Shown here: positions 1 to 8,540 of the stretch, one piece after another
Layout: each line of letters opens with the position of its first letter
How positions within the stretch are numbered: the stretch's first letter is position 1
From: a virus
DNA length: 64,000 nucleotides
UHGV virus genome: UHGV-0149956
Direction: 5' to 3' (one strand)
Position numbers and translations under genes: made by a program
The notes under the pieces: model-generated
The model's database searches: none
What the model was told of the DNA's origin: nothing
What the model saw: only the letters and a program-made list of their open reading frames with translations

Positions 1-377
1 CAAAGGTTTACCCAACGTTAAAATTACCTGATTTACGCGGTGAGTTTATCCGTGGCTGGGATGATGGGCGAGGGATTGACTCTGGTCGCTCTATTTTAAG
101 CGAGCAAGGATATGCAACGGAGGATCATGCTCACGGATTACCGTCAAAATCAACCGTAGCAACTGACCGCTCAATTAATTTCTACTTTGACGAGGCATGG
201 GCTACTAGTGGTAATACGGGAGTTATCAGATGGGGGAACACAAGCGATGCAGGATTGCCAGCCCCTAATTATGGAACTTTTAAAACATATAAACAGTCCG
301 TAGCTAATTTAGGTACTGCTGGCTTAGAAACCCGCCCTCGTAATATTGCATTTAATTATATTGTGAGGGCGGATTAA
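1..377 (+). CDS. Tail-fibre C-terminal cassette, 5' truncated by window edge, opposite orientation to the main array
   Basis: Frame 3 translates to KVYPTLKLPDLRGEFIRGWDDGRGIDSGR...ETRPRNIAFNYIVRAD, stop TAA 375-377; shares the conserved N-proximal and C-terminal blocks of the minus-strand cassettes. Confidence 0.7.
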   Translation, partial: KVYPTLKLPDLRGEFIRGWDDGRGIDSGRSILSEQGYATEDHAHGLPSKSTVATDRSINFYFDEAWATSGNTGVIRWGNTSDAGLPAPNYGTFKTYKQSVANLGTAGLETRPRNIAFNYIVRAD

Positions 378-382
378 TTATA

Positions 383-994
383 TCAACTGGCTGTAGAAAG
401 TTGTTTTTCAGGCCAGTTGAGATCTGGTGCCGTGGTTAAATCCATCGCGTTCAGCTCGTCTATATAATCTAGCACGGAGTTAAGCTGCGTGGTTTCTGCC
501 TGCGTCAACTTCCGTCCAGCCCGTAATTTCAACTGAATCAGACTAATGGAATCCATCGCAGTATCAATCAATGACTGACGTTTTGTTTCTGCTGCCTCTA
601 CAGCTGCACTATGTTGAGCCTCAGTATCAACCACCCATTTCTCTCCATCCCATTTGTCGTATGGTGTTAGCGGGGCGATAGTGGTTGTATTTTCCGGATA
701 GTCACCCAACACCGTGATTTCTTCGGGATTCCCAGTGTCAATGCTATAGACAGTTTCGCCACGATGATCTGGCACATACTCCCATGAACTTAAATCCTCT
801 GAACGGAGAATCGCATAACCTGCTTTATGTGAGCCTGGAGCATCCAAACAAGAATTTGCCGGAATACCAACGCCAACAGCAAGATATTCAGTTGATGCAG
901 AAATATATTCCCGATTACCACCATCATAGTTATAAACGATAATGTTTCCTGCCTGTATGGCTATAAGTTCGCTATTTAATATCGCATTATCCAT
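383..994 (-). CDS. U: Tail fibre assembly chaperone (Tfa / U-like)
   Basis: 203-aa ORF immediately after the last fibre cassette; start overlaps the cassette stop by 1 nt (TAATG); composition typical of Tfa family. Confidence 0.65.
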   Translation of the reverse strand: MDNAILNSELIAIQAGNIIVYNYDGGNREYISASTEYLAVGVGIPANSCLDAPGSHKAGYAILRSEDLSSWEYVPDHRGETVYSIDTGNPEEITVLGDYPENTTTIAPLTPYDKWDGEKWVVDTEAQHSAAVEAAETKRQSLIDTAMDSISLIQLKLRAGRKLTQAETTQLNSVLDYIDELNAMDLTTAPDLNWPEKQLSTAS

Positions 995-1452
995 TATGCT
1001 GCTCTCACAATATAATTGAAGGCAATGTTACGTGGGCGGGTTTCATTCCCCCCAGATAACTCCGTTCTGTATTGACTGGTAAATTTACCATTAATCGCTC
1101 CTTGCCGGACGGCGTTATCTGTCGACAACAGACTATCCCCCCCTCTGTCATTTGGCACCAATACCGTGTTATCCCACGCGTCCCATGACCGAATATTATG
1201 ATAATGACTTCCTGTTAACCACCCCTGTATGCTTAAGATGACCCTTCCCGCATCCACACCTCGCCCATCATCCCAACCACGGATAAACTCACCGCGTAAA
1301 TCCGGTAATTTATTGGTGGGGTAGGCCTTTGCCAGTTTGGGATACATTTCAGAAGAAAATGCTGCACCATTGCATTTTAGCCAGCCCGTTGGTGGTGTTT
1401 CTAAGGGCCACGGAACGGGCACACCAACAGGCAGTGCAGAGCCTTCCCCCAA
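994..1452 (-). CDS. Tail-fibre C-terminal cassette 5 (receptor-binding tip module)
   Basis: Conserved ~70-aa block GEGSALPVGVPVPWP...LRGEFIRGWDDGRG, variable middle, conserved end RPRNIAFNYIVRAA; begins at TTG inside a crossover-like site. Confidence 0.6.
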   Translation of the reverse strand: MGEGSALPVGVPVPWPLETPPTGWLKCNGAAFSSEMYPKLAKAYPTNKLPDLRGEFIRGWDDGRGVDAGRVILSIQGWLTGSHYHNIRSWDAWDNTVLVPNDRGGDSLLSTDNAVRQGAINGKFTSQYRTELSGGNETRPRNIAFNYIVRAA

Positions 1453-1469
1453 ACCAACGTTTTTATGTG
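1444..1469 (-). other. Crossover-like site 5
   Basis: TTCCCCCAAACC-AA-CGTTTTTATGTG. Confidence 0.5.
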
Positions 1470-1966
1470 GCCCTTACAATGTAATTAAAAGCAACGTTGC
1501 GGGGGCGCATTGATATCCATGCCCCGGTAAAATTATCCTCTGCCGTCCTTTGAGTGCCTGTTATGGAGTTATCTGATGATGCTGGAACATAATCGCTATT
1601 ATCTCCTGCTTTAGGATTAGCAGGGTTTCCAACAGTTATAACAGAATCAGCAGTAGCATAAGCGATACCTACTTTGACATTAGTAGTCAGATCGACACCG
1701 TAATAATCCTGCAAAGCTGTACGAATAAATGTTGCAGTCTGACCACTTAGCAATGAACGCCCTGTATCAATCCCTCTCGAATCATCCCAACCACGGATAA
1801 ACTCACCGCGTAAATCAGGTAATTTTAACGTTGGGTAAACCTTTGCCAGATTTGGGTACTTTTCAGAAGAAAATGCTGCTCCGTTACATTTCAGCCACCC
1901 CGTTGGTGGTGTGGCGGAGGGCCATGGAACAGGTACACCAACGGGCAGCGCCGAGCCTTCCCCTAA
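1463..1966 (-). CDS. Tail-fibre C-terminal cassette 4 (in-frame module without start codon)
   Basis: Frame is open from the crossover-like site to stop at 1463; the codon corresponding to the TTG of other cassettes is TTA here, so the ORF track only shows 1463-1753. Confidence 0.55.
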   Translation of the reverse strand, partial: LGEGSALPVGVPVPWPSATPPTGWLKCNGAAFSSEKYPNLAKVYPTLKLPDLRGEFIRGWDDSRGIDTGRSLLSGQTATFIRTALQDYYGVDLTTNVKVGIAYATADSVITVGNPANPKAGDNSDYVPASSDNSITGTQRTAEDNFTGAWISMRPRNVAFNYIVRAT

Positions 1967-1983
1967 ACCAACGTTTTTATGCC
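1958..1983 (-). other. Crossover-like site 4
   Basis: TTCCCCTAAACC-AA-CGTTTTTATGCC. Confidence 0.5.
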
Positions 1984-2438
1984 GCCCTTACGATATAATT
2001 AAAGGCAATATTACGAGGACGGTTTTCATTAGCTGTTGGCACGACACGAGAGGCGTCGAATCCAAGGTCATCGGTTTTGCCTATATCAGTTGTGTTATTC
2101 GGCATTCTCGCAGATCGTGTTCCTGCATCATAAAAAGCCCCTCTGATTGCATCAAAAGACATGCCAATCCCGCCATCTGCGAACCCCTCAATATTTCTTA
2201 TTGCATCCCCCTGTGAAGATAATAATTGTCGCCCGGCATCCACACCACGTCCGTCATCCCAGCCACGAATAAATTCACCGCGTAAATCCGGCAATTTATT
2301 AGTAGGGTAAGCCTTTGCCAGATTTGGGTACTTTTCAGAAGAAAATGCTGCTCCGTTACATTTCAGCCACCCCGTTGGCGGAGTGGCTGAGGGCCACGGA
2401 ACAGGTACGCCAACAGGCAATGCTGAGCCTTCCCCCAA
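1977..2438 (-). CDS. Tail-fibre C-terminal cassette 3
   Basis: Same conserved N block and C-terminal RPRNIAFNYIVRAA with distinct variable core. Confidence 0.6.
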   Translation of the reverse strand: MGEGSALPVGVPVPWPSATPPTGWLKCNGAAFSSEKYPNLAKAYPTNKLPDLRGEFIRGWDDGRGVDAGRQLLSSQGDAIRNIEGFADGGIGMSFDAIRGAFYDAGTRSARMPNNTTDIGKTDDLGFDASRVVPTANENRPRNIAFNYIVRAA

Positions 2439-2455
2439 ACCAACGTTTTCATGCC
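2430..2455 (-). other. Crossover-like site 3
   Basis: TTCCCCCAAACC-AA-CGTTTTCATGCC. Confidence 0.5.
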
Positions 2456-2877
2456 GCCCTTACGATATAATTAAACGCAATGTTACGAGGACGAATGGTT
2501 ACATAATTAACCCCATCACCTCGTGAAGGCCCTGCAAATGAAAAACGGGAAAATCCTGGTTGGTTAGAAACAATTTGGTCATAGTTATTGATTGAATGAC
2601 CAGACCCAATGTCGAAATTACCTCCGTAATGAGAAAAACTTGTACCATCCTGCCCTGAAAGCAGGGTACGTCCCGCATCAATCCCGCGCCCATCATCCCA
2701 GCCACGGATAAATTCACCGCGTAAATCCGGTAATTTATTGGTGGGGTAGGCTTTTGCCAGTTTGGGATACATTTCAGAAGAAAATGCTGCACCATTGCAT
2801 TTTAGCCAGCCCGTTGGTGGTGTTTCTAAGGGCCACGGAACGGGCACACCAACAGGCAGTGCAGAGCCTTCCCCCAA
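2449..2877 (-). CDS. Tail-fibre C-terminal cassette 2
   Basis: Same conserved blocks, distinct variable core. Confidence 0.6.
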   Translation of the reverse strand: MGEGSALPVGVPVPWPLETPPTGWLKCNGAAFSSEMYPKLAKAYPTNKLPDLRGEFIRGWDDGRGIDAGRTLLSGQDGTSFSHYGGNFDIGSGHSINNYDQIVSNQPGFSRFSFAGPSRGDGVNYVTIRPRNIAFNYIVRAA

Positions 2878-2894
2878 ACCAACGTTTTTATGCC
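2869..2894 (-). other. Crossover-like site 2
   Basis: TTCCCCCAAACC-AA-CGTTTTTATGCC. Confidence 0.5.
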
Positions 2895-3355
2895 GCCCTT
2901 ACGATGTAATTAAATGCAATATTACGGGGGCGGGTTTCAGATGCTGTACGAACTGAGCGAGAGGCGTCGAATGTCCAGTTATAAGAGCCATAACCCTCAA
3001 TAATTTCCGTTTCCTTTAGGCCTGTAGATAATACTTGACCATGTTGACTAAATGGCCCTGAACTAAGTACATCTCTAAAAAGCTGAGTACGCCCGAAAGA
3101 ACCAACAATATTCTGAATTGCATCATTCTGTGCAGATAATAAATTACGGCCAGAGTCAATCCCCCGCCCGTCATCCCAGCCGCGAATAAATTCGCCCCGT
3201 AGATCCGGCAATTTATTAGTAGGGTAAACCTTTGCCAGATTTGGGTACTTTTCAGAAGAAAATGCTGCACCATTGCATTTCAGCCACCCCGTTGGCGGTG
3301 TGGCTGAGGGCCATGGAACAGGTACACCAACGGGCAGTGCCGAGCCTTCCCCCAA
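2888..3355 (-). CDS. Tail-fibre C-terminal cassette 1
   Basis: Same conserved blocks, distinct variable core; lies 10 nt after the stop of the main fibre gene. Confidence 0.6.
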   Translation of the reverse strand: MGEGSALPVGVPVPWPSATPPTGWLKCNGAAFSSEKYPNLAKVYPTNKLPDLRGEFIRGWDDGRGIDSGRNLLSAQNDAIQNIVGSFGRTQLFRDVLSSGPFSQHGQVLSTGLKETEIIEGYGSYNWTFDASRSVRTASETRPRNIAFNYIVRAA

Positions 3356-3372
3356 ACCAACGTTTTTATGCC
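3347..3372 (-). other. Crossover-like site 1
   Basis: TTCCCCCAAACC-AA-CGTTTTTATGCC, direct repeat of site 0 left half and core; spans stop of S and start of cassette 1. Confidence 0.5.
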
Positions 3373-5390
3373 GCCCTTACGATGTAATTAAATGCAACGT
3401 TGCGAGGGCGAGTTTCTGTACCTACATTTCCACTAATTTCACCATAACGTTTAACACTACGAGAGCTAATAGCTCGTAGTGAGGAAGGCACCTTATGACC
3501 GGGTTCGTCCGTTTTAACTATTCCCCCGTCACCGTATGTAGCTAGTATTCCTGGATTTACGCCTTCCCGTGCACTTCCTGCGGCGAGTCCGTCCCCTGTC
3601 CATAATTCCATATAGTGTGCATGGTCCAAAATTGTGTGTGGCTGCCAATTAAGCAAAGCGCGGCCAGCATCCACCCCGCGCCCATCATCCCAGCCACGGA
3701 TAAATTCACCGCGTAAATCAGGTAATTTTAACGTTGGGTAAACCTTTGCCAGATTTGGGTACTTTTCAGAAGAAAATGCTGCACCATTGCATTTCAGCCA
3801 CCCCGTTGGCGGTGTGGCTGAGGGCCATGGAATAGGTACACCAACGGGCAGCGCCGAGCCTTCCCCTAAACCAAGGTAATCAAGAACGCTCTGAATACTG
3901 GTCTTACCAAGAATGGCGCGTCCAACACTTGTCAATGCAGTTAACGCGGCACGATCAACACCTGTGAAATAAGGGAGTTTATCTGCTGCTGTAGCTAGTG
4001 CCGCTAGAGCAGTGAGCGTAGCGTCTGCCGCTTGCTTTCCATTAGCCAAATCATATGCAGCCTTGACAGCTTTCGGTGTGGCGGCCAGCACTTCAGACGT
4101 GCTGTTAGTGGCACTACTGAGCTGAGTGATGCCTTTCGCTGTCAATGAAGCTGTTGGCACACCAGTGATCTGATTCCAGGGATGTGTATGACTGGATGGT
4201 GCCTTTCCGGCTGCTAGATCGTATGCAGCTTTAACCGCTTTTGGAGTTGCAGCTAATGTTTCAGAAGTGCTGTTGGTGTCGCTACTGAGCTGAACTATCC
4301 CTTTTTGTGTCGTGGTTGCATCCTGGGCTGTATACTTCCCGTTAGCCAAATCATATGCAGCCTTGACAGCTTTCGGTGTGGCGGCCAGCACTTCGGACGT
4401 ACTGTTAGTGGCACTACTGAGCTGAGTGATGCCTTTCGCTGTCAATGAAGCTGTTGGCACACCAGTGATCTGATTCCAGGGATGTGTATGACTGGATGGT
4501 GCCTTTCCGGCTGCTAGATCGTATGCAGCTTTAACCGCTTTTGGAGTTGCAGCTAATGTTTCAGAAGTGCTGTTGGTGTCGCTACTGAGCTGAACTATCC
4601 CTTTTTGTGTCGTGGTTGCATCCTGGGCTGTATACTTCCCGTTAGCCAAATCATATGCAGCCTTGACAGCTTTCGGTGTGGCGGCCAGCACTTCGGACGT
4701 ACTGTTAGTGGCACTACTGAGCTGAACTAATCCCTTTTGCGTTGTGCTTGCATCCTGCGCCGTATATTTGCTTTTCGCCAGATCGTAGGCTTTTTTAACT
4801 GCCAGCGAACTCGCAGCAACATCACTTCTGGTACTGGTTACAGAGTCTGAAATATCAATGCCGATCGTGCGGTTGATACGCTCGGATGTATCAATCATCT
4901 CTTGAGTAATGGTAGATACGCCAGCAGGGATATTCACCGTACAAACCAGCAGTTCCCCATCACCTAACTGATATGAATCGGTATAGGTTCTGGCAACAAA
5001 TTCAGCTGCATGAATATGTGACGCGGTATTCACCTGATAGGTATCTTCTCCAAGAAGGTATCTTCCCTTCAGCACAATTGCATATTTCTTGCCTGCGTTA
5101 AGTGCAAGAGAGATATCCTTACGATGCTGAATAGTTACCTGGTAGAATTCACCAATATCCACTGACGCCGCGCCAGCGGTTTTATCTCCATCCACTGAGG
5201 TGATTAACAGGTTCATTCCACCGCCAGGCTTAGGCAAGAAACCAGCATAAAATCCCGGGTCAACAATTCCCCTGAATTTTCGGTTTAGAGCGGCTGACAG
5301 ATATGGTTCGTGGTATTGCACATCAGCCACCAGAGCCAACGACTCGGGTGATGGGTAAGTAACCGATGTAACAACTGTAACGTCATTCAT
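3366..5390 (-). CDS. S: Tail fibre protein (S-like) with ~30-aa repeats and expressed C-terminal tip
   Basis: ATG at 5390 with AAGGA 5-8 nt upstream; internal repeats TAQDA-TTQKG-VQLSS-TNSTSE-LAATPKAVKAAYDLA; C-terminal 150 aa homologous to the downstream cassettes. Confidence 0.8.
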   Translation of the reverse strand: MNDVTVVTSVTYPSPESLALVADVQYHEPYLSAALNRKFRGIVDPGFYAGFLPKPGGGMNLLITSVDGDKTAGAASVDIGEFYQVTIQHRKDISLALNAGKKYAIVLKGRYLLGEDTYQVNTASHIHAAEFVARTYTDSYQLGDGELLVCTVNIPAGVSTITQEMIDTSERINRTIGIDISDSVTSTRSDVAASSLAVKKAYDLAKSKYTAQDASTTQKGLVQLSSATNSTSEVLAATPKAVKAAYDLANGKYTAQDATTTQKGIVQLSSDTNSTSETLAATPKAVKAAYDLAAGKAPSSHTHPWNQITGVPTASLTAKGITQLSSATNSTSEVLAATPKAVKAAYDLANGKYTAQDATTTQKGIVQLSSDTNSTSETLAATPKAVKAAYDLAAGKAPSSHTHPWNQITGVPTASLTAKGITQLSSATNSTSEVLAATPKAVKAAYDLANGKQAADATLTALAALATAADKLPYFTGVDRAALTALTSVGRAILGKTSIQSVLDYLGLGEGSALPVGVPIPWPSATPPTGWLKCNGAAFSSEKYPNLAKVYPTLKLPDLRGEFIRGWDDGRGVDAGRALLNWQPHTILDHAHYMELWTGDGLAAGSAREGVNPGILATYGDGGIVKTDEPGHKVPSSLRAISSRSVKRYGEISGNVGTETRPRNVAFNYIVRAA
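3861..3886 (-). other. Crossover-like site 0 (Din/invertase-family-like 26-mer) at constant/variable junction of S
   Basis: TTCCCCTAAACC-AA-GGTAATCAAGAA; resembles hix/gix/cix sites as recalled (12-bp half sites flanking a 2-bp AA core). Confidence 0.55.
4021..4725. repeat. Near-perfect 300-bp tandem repeat (2.3 copies) inside the fibre gene
   Basis: Sequence lines starting at 4321 and 4621 are identical, and lines 4141/4441, 4201/4501, 4261/4561 are identical; period exactly 300 bp. Confidence 0.9.
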
Positions 5391-5401
5391 CAAGCATATC
5401 C

Positions 5402-5836
5402 TTATGCTGTAGTCGAGTTTATGGCCATAACTGCGGTATATGTTTTGCCCACATACAGCGAGTCTTCTTGGACACAAATAATGGCGATTGGCTTATTCTC
5501 GTTATCCAGAACAACCAGAGTGTTGAATGGGTAGTTTTTCCCTTCCTGCAACTGACTTTGATCAAGGTCCATTCGGACAGTAATTATCCCGCCTGAGTAG
5601 GTTGGGACGAGGTTGATGGTGCAAAATTGACTGGTCAGTTCTGCCAGATCGAAAGCCTTTGGCAGTTCTCCAATCTCATAAGTGCCATCTCCTTTCTTAG
5701 TAACCAGTGAACTGGTACCGAAAACGGCCTTGCTGATTAAAAATCGAGAGCCTTTGTTAATGGACGATTCAGCGCGCCGCTGATAGTAATAGTCCAACAA
5801 CTGACTCTTATAGAGGTTTGTTGAGACGTCAGACAT
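5402..5836 (-). CDS. Tail fibre-associated structural protein (R-like)
   Basis: 144-aa ORF ending 12 nt upstream of S start; operon position. Confidence 0.45.
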   Translation of the reverse strand: MSDVSTNLYKSQLLDYYYQRRAESSINKGSRFLISKAVFGTSSLVTKKGDGTYEIGELPKAFDLAELTSQFCTINLVPTYSGGIITVRMDLDQSQLQEGKNYPFNTLVVLDNENKPIAIICVQEDSLYVGKTYTAVMAINSTTA

Positions 5837-5914
5837 GATTTTCCCTAATCAATGTTGTGAAGCCTCATTGTAAGATAAGTAACTTGTCACCCCGCCCTGC
5901 GGACGGGGTGATTG

Positions 5915-6754
5915 TCACGCATCGCTATCCAACAGCAAATCATCTGCGCGGGTGCGATCAAACGTAGGCGTTGCTTTCACAATAGTGCCGCCCGGCGTTG
6001 CAGTGATCGGGGCGTTAATCGACGTAACTTCAGTAAGCGAAGTTGTATCCGAAGTTTCAAACCAGCAGAATGCTTTTTCGGTATCAGAAATCTCATTCAA
6101 AGTGATCATGTCGGCCTGTTCATTTACAACAACCGACAAATAGAGCGTAAGCCCATCAAACACTATATGCAGTGGCAGTAGAGGCTTTACGAACTGATTA
6201 AACTTTCTGAGAATTTCTTCTGTAATTGCGGACTGATCTATCGTTCCAGTAATACCCATTGTCCGGGCCAAGTCGTTTATGGGAATACTGATCATTCCTC
6301 TGGAAGTCAGAAACATCTCGCCGAATGTGCCGCCGGTGGTTTCCAGTGTGCTTTCTGGAATCAGGACCGTGCCATAGGGATGACGTTCAAAGTCCACCGG
6401 AGCATATATGGGATCCCATAAAACCGATATACCGTTAAATTCGCGATAAATTGTCTGGTTTATAGGGCGTTCAGTACCCTTAAAATGGATCTCATCAAAC
6501 CGCTGTTGTAACAACATCGGAACGGAAGATGAATTCGACGTTCTGATAGTAAAAAACTGGCCAAGTTCATTTGTCCTAGTCTCCAGATCCTCCTTGCTCA
6601 TGGAGAAAATAGACTTCCGGTTGGTAATTCGCTCCAACCATGGGTCAACAAAGGTGTCCATCATTGACTGAACCAAATCAGCCAATGATTTATAAAGTAA
6701 TGACTTTTGCTTAGCTGATGTAAGCCGGTTATTAAACCAGGAACGCTGCATCAC
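5915..6754 (-). CDS. Virion structural protein, probable baseplate component
   Basis: 279-aa ORF, ATGA overlap with upstream gene; position in baseplate/fibre operon. Confidence 0.4.
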   Translation of the reverse strand: MMQRSWFNNRLTSAKQKSLLYKSLADLVQSMMDTFVDPWLERITNRKSIFSMSKEDLETRTNELGQFFTIRTSNSSSVPMLLQQRFDEIHFKGTERPINQTIYREFNGISVLWDPIYAPVDFERHPYGTVLIPESTLETTGGTFGEMFLTSRGMISIPINDLARTMGITGTIDQSAITEEILRKFNQFVKPLLPLHIVFDGLTLYLSVVVNEQADMITLNEISDTEKAFCWFETSDTTSLTEVTSINAPITATPGGTIVKATPTFDRTRADDLLLDSDA

Positions 6755-8184
6755 TCCTCCTCATACGAAATATTAAAGGTGGAGTTTTCTGTATCCAGAT
6801 AAACGAAATCGTAAAAGCCGTTGGACTCATTCCACTCGACAAATTCCAGATAAAAGTCGCGGAAATAACCCAGCGTTTCGATAAATGCCCAAACGTCTTT
6901 TTTCTTGATTAGGATGTACTTGCCGACACGGTTCGGATCAAAGAAAGTTGAGTCACGCCCAAATTTTGTTTCCAGTGCCGACTTCAGCTCATCAGTCACG
7001 TTCTCAATGGTCAGGCTTGCCGATATCCGCCCAGTGATGGTGATCTTAAAGGGTAGTTTTCTGACCTCTTTATACGAGAATTTCTTGTTCAACTCATTCG
7101 GCACCTTCTTAAAGGCGGCCAGGATCATTTCTTCAAGCTCTGACTGGCTTTTGTTTGGATGCCATCCTGAAATAAATATCTTATTGATATTCCGAACATT
7201 ATAAGCACCATCTAATTTCTCTTGCTGGCCTTCGCCCCATGCCTTTACCCAGGACAGTCCCGGGATGTTACGCACCAGAAAATACGTATAGTCCCCGCCC
7301 CATACGACCTGATCATCATAGGCAAGGTAATATTGTGCACGGTTACGTGTGATCTCCGTTGTTTCAGCATCGGTACCTGCGGTTATAGGTGTCGTTGTCT
7401 TAACTGAAATCAAATTAGCTAAATTAGCCGCAGAATCAACAGGAGTCAGGTTTTGGCCAGCAACCAGGGTTATATCGCCGTTGGTGCACCATACCTTAAG
7501 CGTAATTGTCGAGCCTTCTGGCGGTATTTGCCCAATTAGCCCATCGCCGAATCGGACACCCAACTGTTCGGATGGTTTATAAAACTCAACGTAGACCTGG
7601 CTTTTACTACCAGCTAACCGGAACATTGTGCTGGAAGACCACTGCGTGGTCTTACCATCGGTCGTCACGAATACTTCCAGCTTATAGCAGACAGCAGTGA
7701 GAGCCTTTGATAACACGACTTCCAGAAATTCTTTGGCAGCCGTAACGGTATATGTCACCTCCTGGATTTCCAACTGTGCCACTTCTACCGTACCGGTGCC
7801 GTCAACCAACCTGCATACATCCATAGTCATGTAAGGGTACTGGTCGTCAGATATTAAAGGCATGTTTTTGGGAATTACCGCTGGGGCATCTTCACTTGTG
7901 GCGGTGATCTCAATCATCCCCGATGACGGTGTTGGCTTGGTACCAACGTAACTATTCGTTTCTGCCGCTGCCAGGATAGAGGAACGCCGCGTCGCGGTCG
8001 ATATAAAGCCTTCAGCCAGCGCCGCATCGGCATACTGAAAGCACCTGTAGACAATCTGGGTAATAAACAATGTCAGCATCGAGACAAATTGAGAGCCGAC
8101 AAACTTCGACCAGAATGAATCTTTCTCGACAAGCTCTTCAAACTCTGCACGAATACTGTCTTTAGTCGGTGTTGTTTTACTCAT
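6751..8184 (-). CDS. Virion structural protein, probable baseplate wedge
   Basis: 477-aa ORF translationally coupled on both sides. Confidence 0.4.
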   Translation of the reverse strand: MSKTTPTKDSIRAEFEELVEKDSFWSKFVGSQFVSMLTLFITQIVYRCFQYADAALAEGFISTATRRSSILAAAETNSYVGTKPTPSSGMIEITATSEDAPAVIPKNMPLISDDQYPYMTMDVCRLVDGTGTVEVAQLEIQEVTYTVTAAKEFLEVVLSKALTAVCYKLEVFVTTDGKTTQWSSSTMFRLAGSKSQVYVEFYKPSEQLGVRFGDGLIGQIPPEGSTITLKVWCTNGDITLVAGQNLTPVDSAANLANLISVKTTTPITAGTDAETTEITRNRAQYYLAYDDQVVWGGDYTYFLVRNIPGLSWVKAWGEGQQEKLDGAYNVRNINKIFISGWHPNKSQSELEEMILAAFKKVPNELNKKFSYKEVRKLPFKITITGRISASLTIENVTDELKSALETKFGRDSTFFDPNRVGKYILIKKKDVWAFIETLGYFRDFYLEFVEWNESNGFYDFVYLDTENSTFNISYEEE

Positions 8185-8540
8185 AGCACCACGTCCTGTG
8201 TGATAGTTATATCCCTGATACGAATGGATATTTTCAACTTATCAAAAGCATCTCCCTCGGCTACTGACAAGCCAGAAATCGGTATGTCAGGTAAATCTAC
8301 CGTCAGTTTTTGCAACAGCATTGCCTCAACCGCAATTTGAACATGCGACAAGTTGGTCGGTTCGTGTTTAAACAGCGGTAAAACATTGCCCCATGACGGA
8401 TCTCCGTATACCTCACCCTGATAAGTGTTTAGCCACTCATATAAACGAGCGCCCCAGGCCTCCTCCTGGGACTCATACGTTTTTACGCCGGATAACTCCA
8501 GCGTCAGCAAAGGATCAATTTCGTTATTGTTGGCCATCAA
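8181..8540 (-). CDS. Small baseplate-associated protein (W/gp25-like position)
   Basis: 119-aa ORF coupled between Sit-like gene and wedge gene. Confidence 0.35.
   Translation of the reverse strand: MMANNNEIDPLLTLELSGVKTYESQEEAWGARLYEWLNTYQGEVYGDPSWGNVLPLFKHEPTNLSHVQIAVEAMLLQKLTVDLPDIPISGLSVAEGDAFDKLKISIRIRDITITQDVVL

Noticed and set aside
2499-3273. Minus-strand ORFs 2499-2795 and 3016-3273 overlapping cassettes in another frame
   Set aside because: Alternative-frame artefacts inside cassette coding sequence with no start context
1911-3479. Plus-strand ORFs 1911-2216, 2762-2956 and 3273-3479 with the recurring peptide GHGTGTPTGSAEPSPKPTFLCRPYD
   Set aside because: They are the antisense reading of the conserved cassette N block and crossover region on the opposite strand; the repetition reflects DNA repeats, not genes
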